Made by a program: the position numbers and the translations under genes
Shown: piece after piece, positions 63,178 through 64,000 of the stretch
Layout of the letters: each line of letters starts with the position of its first letter
Position numbering within the stretch: the stretch's first letter is position 1
Assembly (NCBI GenBank): GCA_049840735.1
Contig: JASGJN010000013.1
Location: 192,001-256,000 of the forward strand
From: Anaeromyxobacter sp.
GTDB lineage: Bacteria; Myxococcota; Myxococcia; Myxococcales; Anaeromyxobacteraceae
Reading direction: 5' to 3'
DNA length: 64,000 bases
Notes under the pieces: model-generated
Told to the model about the DNA's origin: nothing
Databases searched by the model: none
What the model saw: the letters and a program-made list of their open reading frames with translations, nothing else

Positions 63178-63481
63178 CCGGAGCGCTGGGAGGGAGCGCC
63201 ATGCCCGACCTCGCCGCCGCCCCGGCCTCGCCGGCCGCGGTGGGCGCGCTGGCGCCGGCGCGCTCGCTGTTCGCGCGCGCGGCCGGGGGCCCCGGCGAGA
63301 CCTCGCGCTCCAGGTCGCGCAGCCCCTCGGTGAGCTCCGCCTGCACGCCGCGGGAGACCTCGCGCACCTGGCGCAGGATCGCGCCCGCCTTGCGCAGGCC
63401 GGTCGTCAGCTGGTCCGGACCGAGCAGCACCAGCGCGAGCACCGCGATGATGACCAGCTCGCCGGCGCCGATCCCGAACAC
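63149..63481 (-). CDS. tatB: TatA/TatB family translocase subunit
   Basis: FGIGAGELVIIAVLALVLLGPDQL followed by an amphipathic helix. Confidence 0.7.
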   Translation of the reverse strand: MFGIGAGELVIIAVLALVLLGPDQLTTGLRKAGAILRQVREVSRGVQAELTEGLRDLEREVSPGPPAARANSERAGASAPTAAGEAGAAARSGMALPPSAPVTAPAEPPS

Positions 63482-63493
63482 CGCGCCCTCCTC

Positions 63494-64000
63494 TCAGCTC
63501 CGGGCCGCGCCGCGGCCCGCCGCTCGCCCGTCGCGCCGCCGCGGCGGCCGGGGCGGCTCGAGCGCCACCTCCTCGACCACCTCCAGGCCATGGCCGCCCA
63601 GGGCCACCACCCGCCGGCCCCTCGAGGCGCGCGTGAGCAGCCGCATGCGCCGCACGCCCAGCGCGCGGAGGATCTGCGCGCCCAGCCCGTACTCGCGCAG
63701 GTCGGCGTCGAGCGGGCGGCGGCCGCGGGGCCCGGGGCTCCCGGGCGCGCCCGGCGCGTGGCAGGCCAGCCCGCTTCCCTGCCCGGCGCCGGCGTCGAGA
63801 TAGAGGAGTACGCCCTTGCCCGCGGCCTCGATGCGCCGCAGCGACGCGTCCAGCGCCTCGGCGCAGCCGCAGCGCCGTCCGCCGAACACGTCGCCCAGGA
63901 AGCAGCGCCGGTGCACGCGGACCAGCACCGGCTCGTCGGCGCGCCAGCGGCCCTTGACCAGCGCCACGTGCTCGCCGGCGTCGAGCTCGCTCTCGAAGGC
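63494..64000 (-). CDS. C-terminal GTP cyclohydrolase II-like domain (RibBA/RibBX type), degenerate; 5' part outside window
   Basis: EHVALVKG, LVRVH..C..GDVFG..RCGC, DLREYGLGAQIL. Confidence 0.75.
   Translation of the reverse strand, partial: AFESELDAGEHVALVKGRWRADEPVLVRVHRRCFLGDVFGGRRCGCAEALDASLRRIEAAGKGVLLYLDAGAGQGSGLACHAPGAPGSPGPRGRRPLDADLREYGLGAQILRALGVRRMRLLTRASRGRRVVALGGHGLEVVEEVALEPPRPPRRRDGRAAGRGAARS

Overview
Very GC-rich bacterial chromosome segment. Gene content and order point to Myxococcota, Anaeromyxobacter-like (inference, no database search run). It contains, in order: an envelope operon (lysS-lolC/E-lolD-bamA-skp-lpxD-fabZ-lpxA), a DUF4912/GH57 pair, a multidomain Ser/Thr kinase, and an Omp85-DUF4390-NtrY-like kinase operon. 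Next come an RpoH-family sigma factor and a ~15.5 kb divergent glyco-cluster (three CgeB-like and one GT4 glycosyltransferase, two NDP-sugar epimerases, two dehydrogenases, Ugd, ABC exporter, AI-2E permease, GlgX). The right half holds an NtrX-like regulator, glnE, patatin, ilvE, a degenerate Fic protein, nfo, DHH, iscS, a small regulatory islet, 6S RNA-ygfA-ymdB-tyrS, HDOD, rlmE, twin ferredoxins, a ThDP enzyme and a degenerate RibA-like domain. Thirteen genes, including essential ones, carry single-base frameshifts. Eleven lie at or beside GATC and two at GAGACC, and many GATC->GATT/AATC variants also occur. This looks like a DNA-modification footprint in long-read data rather than pseudogenes. 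Other candidates: the glyco-cluster, the Omp85/DUF4390/kinase module, the pseudo-Fic, a covarying REP-like family and several leaderless-type promoters. No tRNA, rRNA, CRISPR array or transposase was seen.
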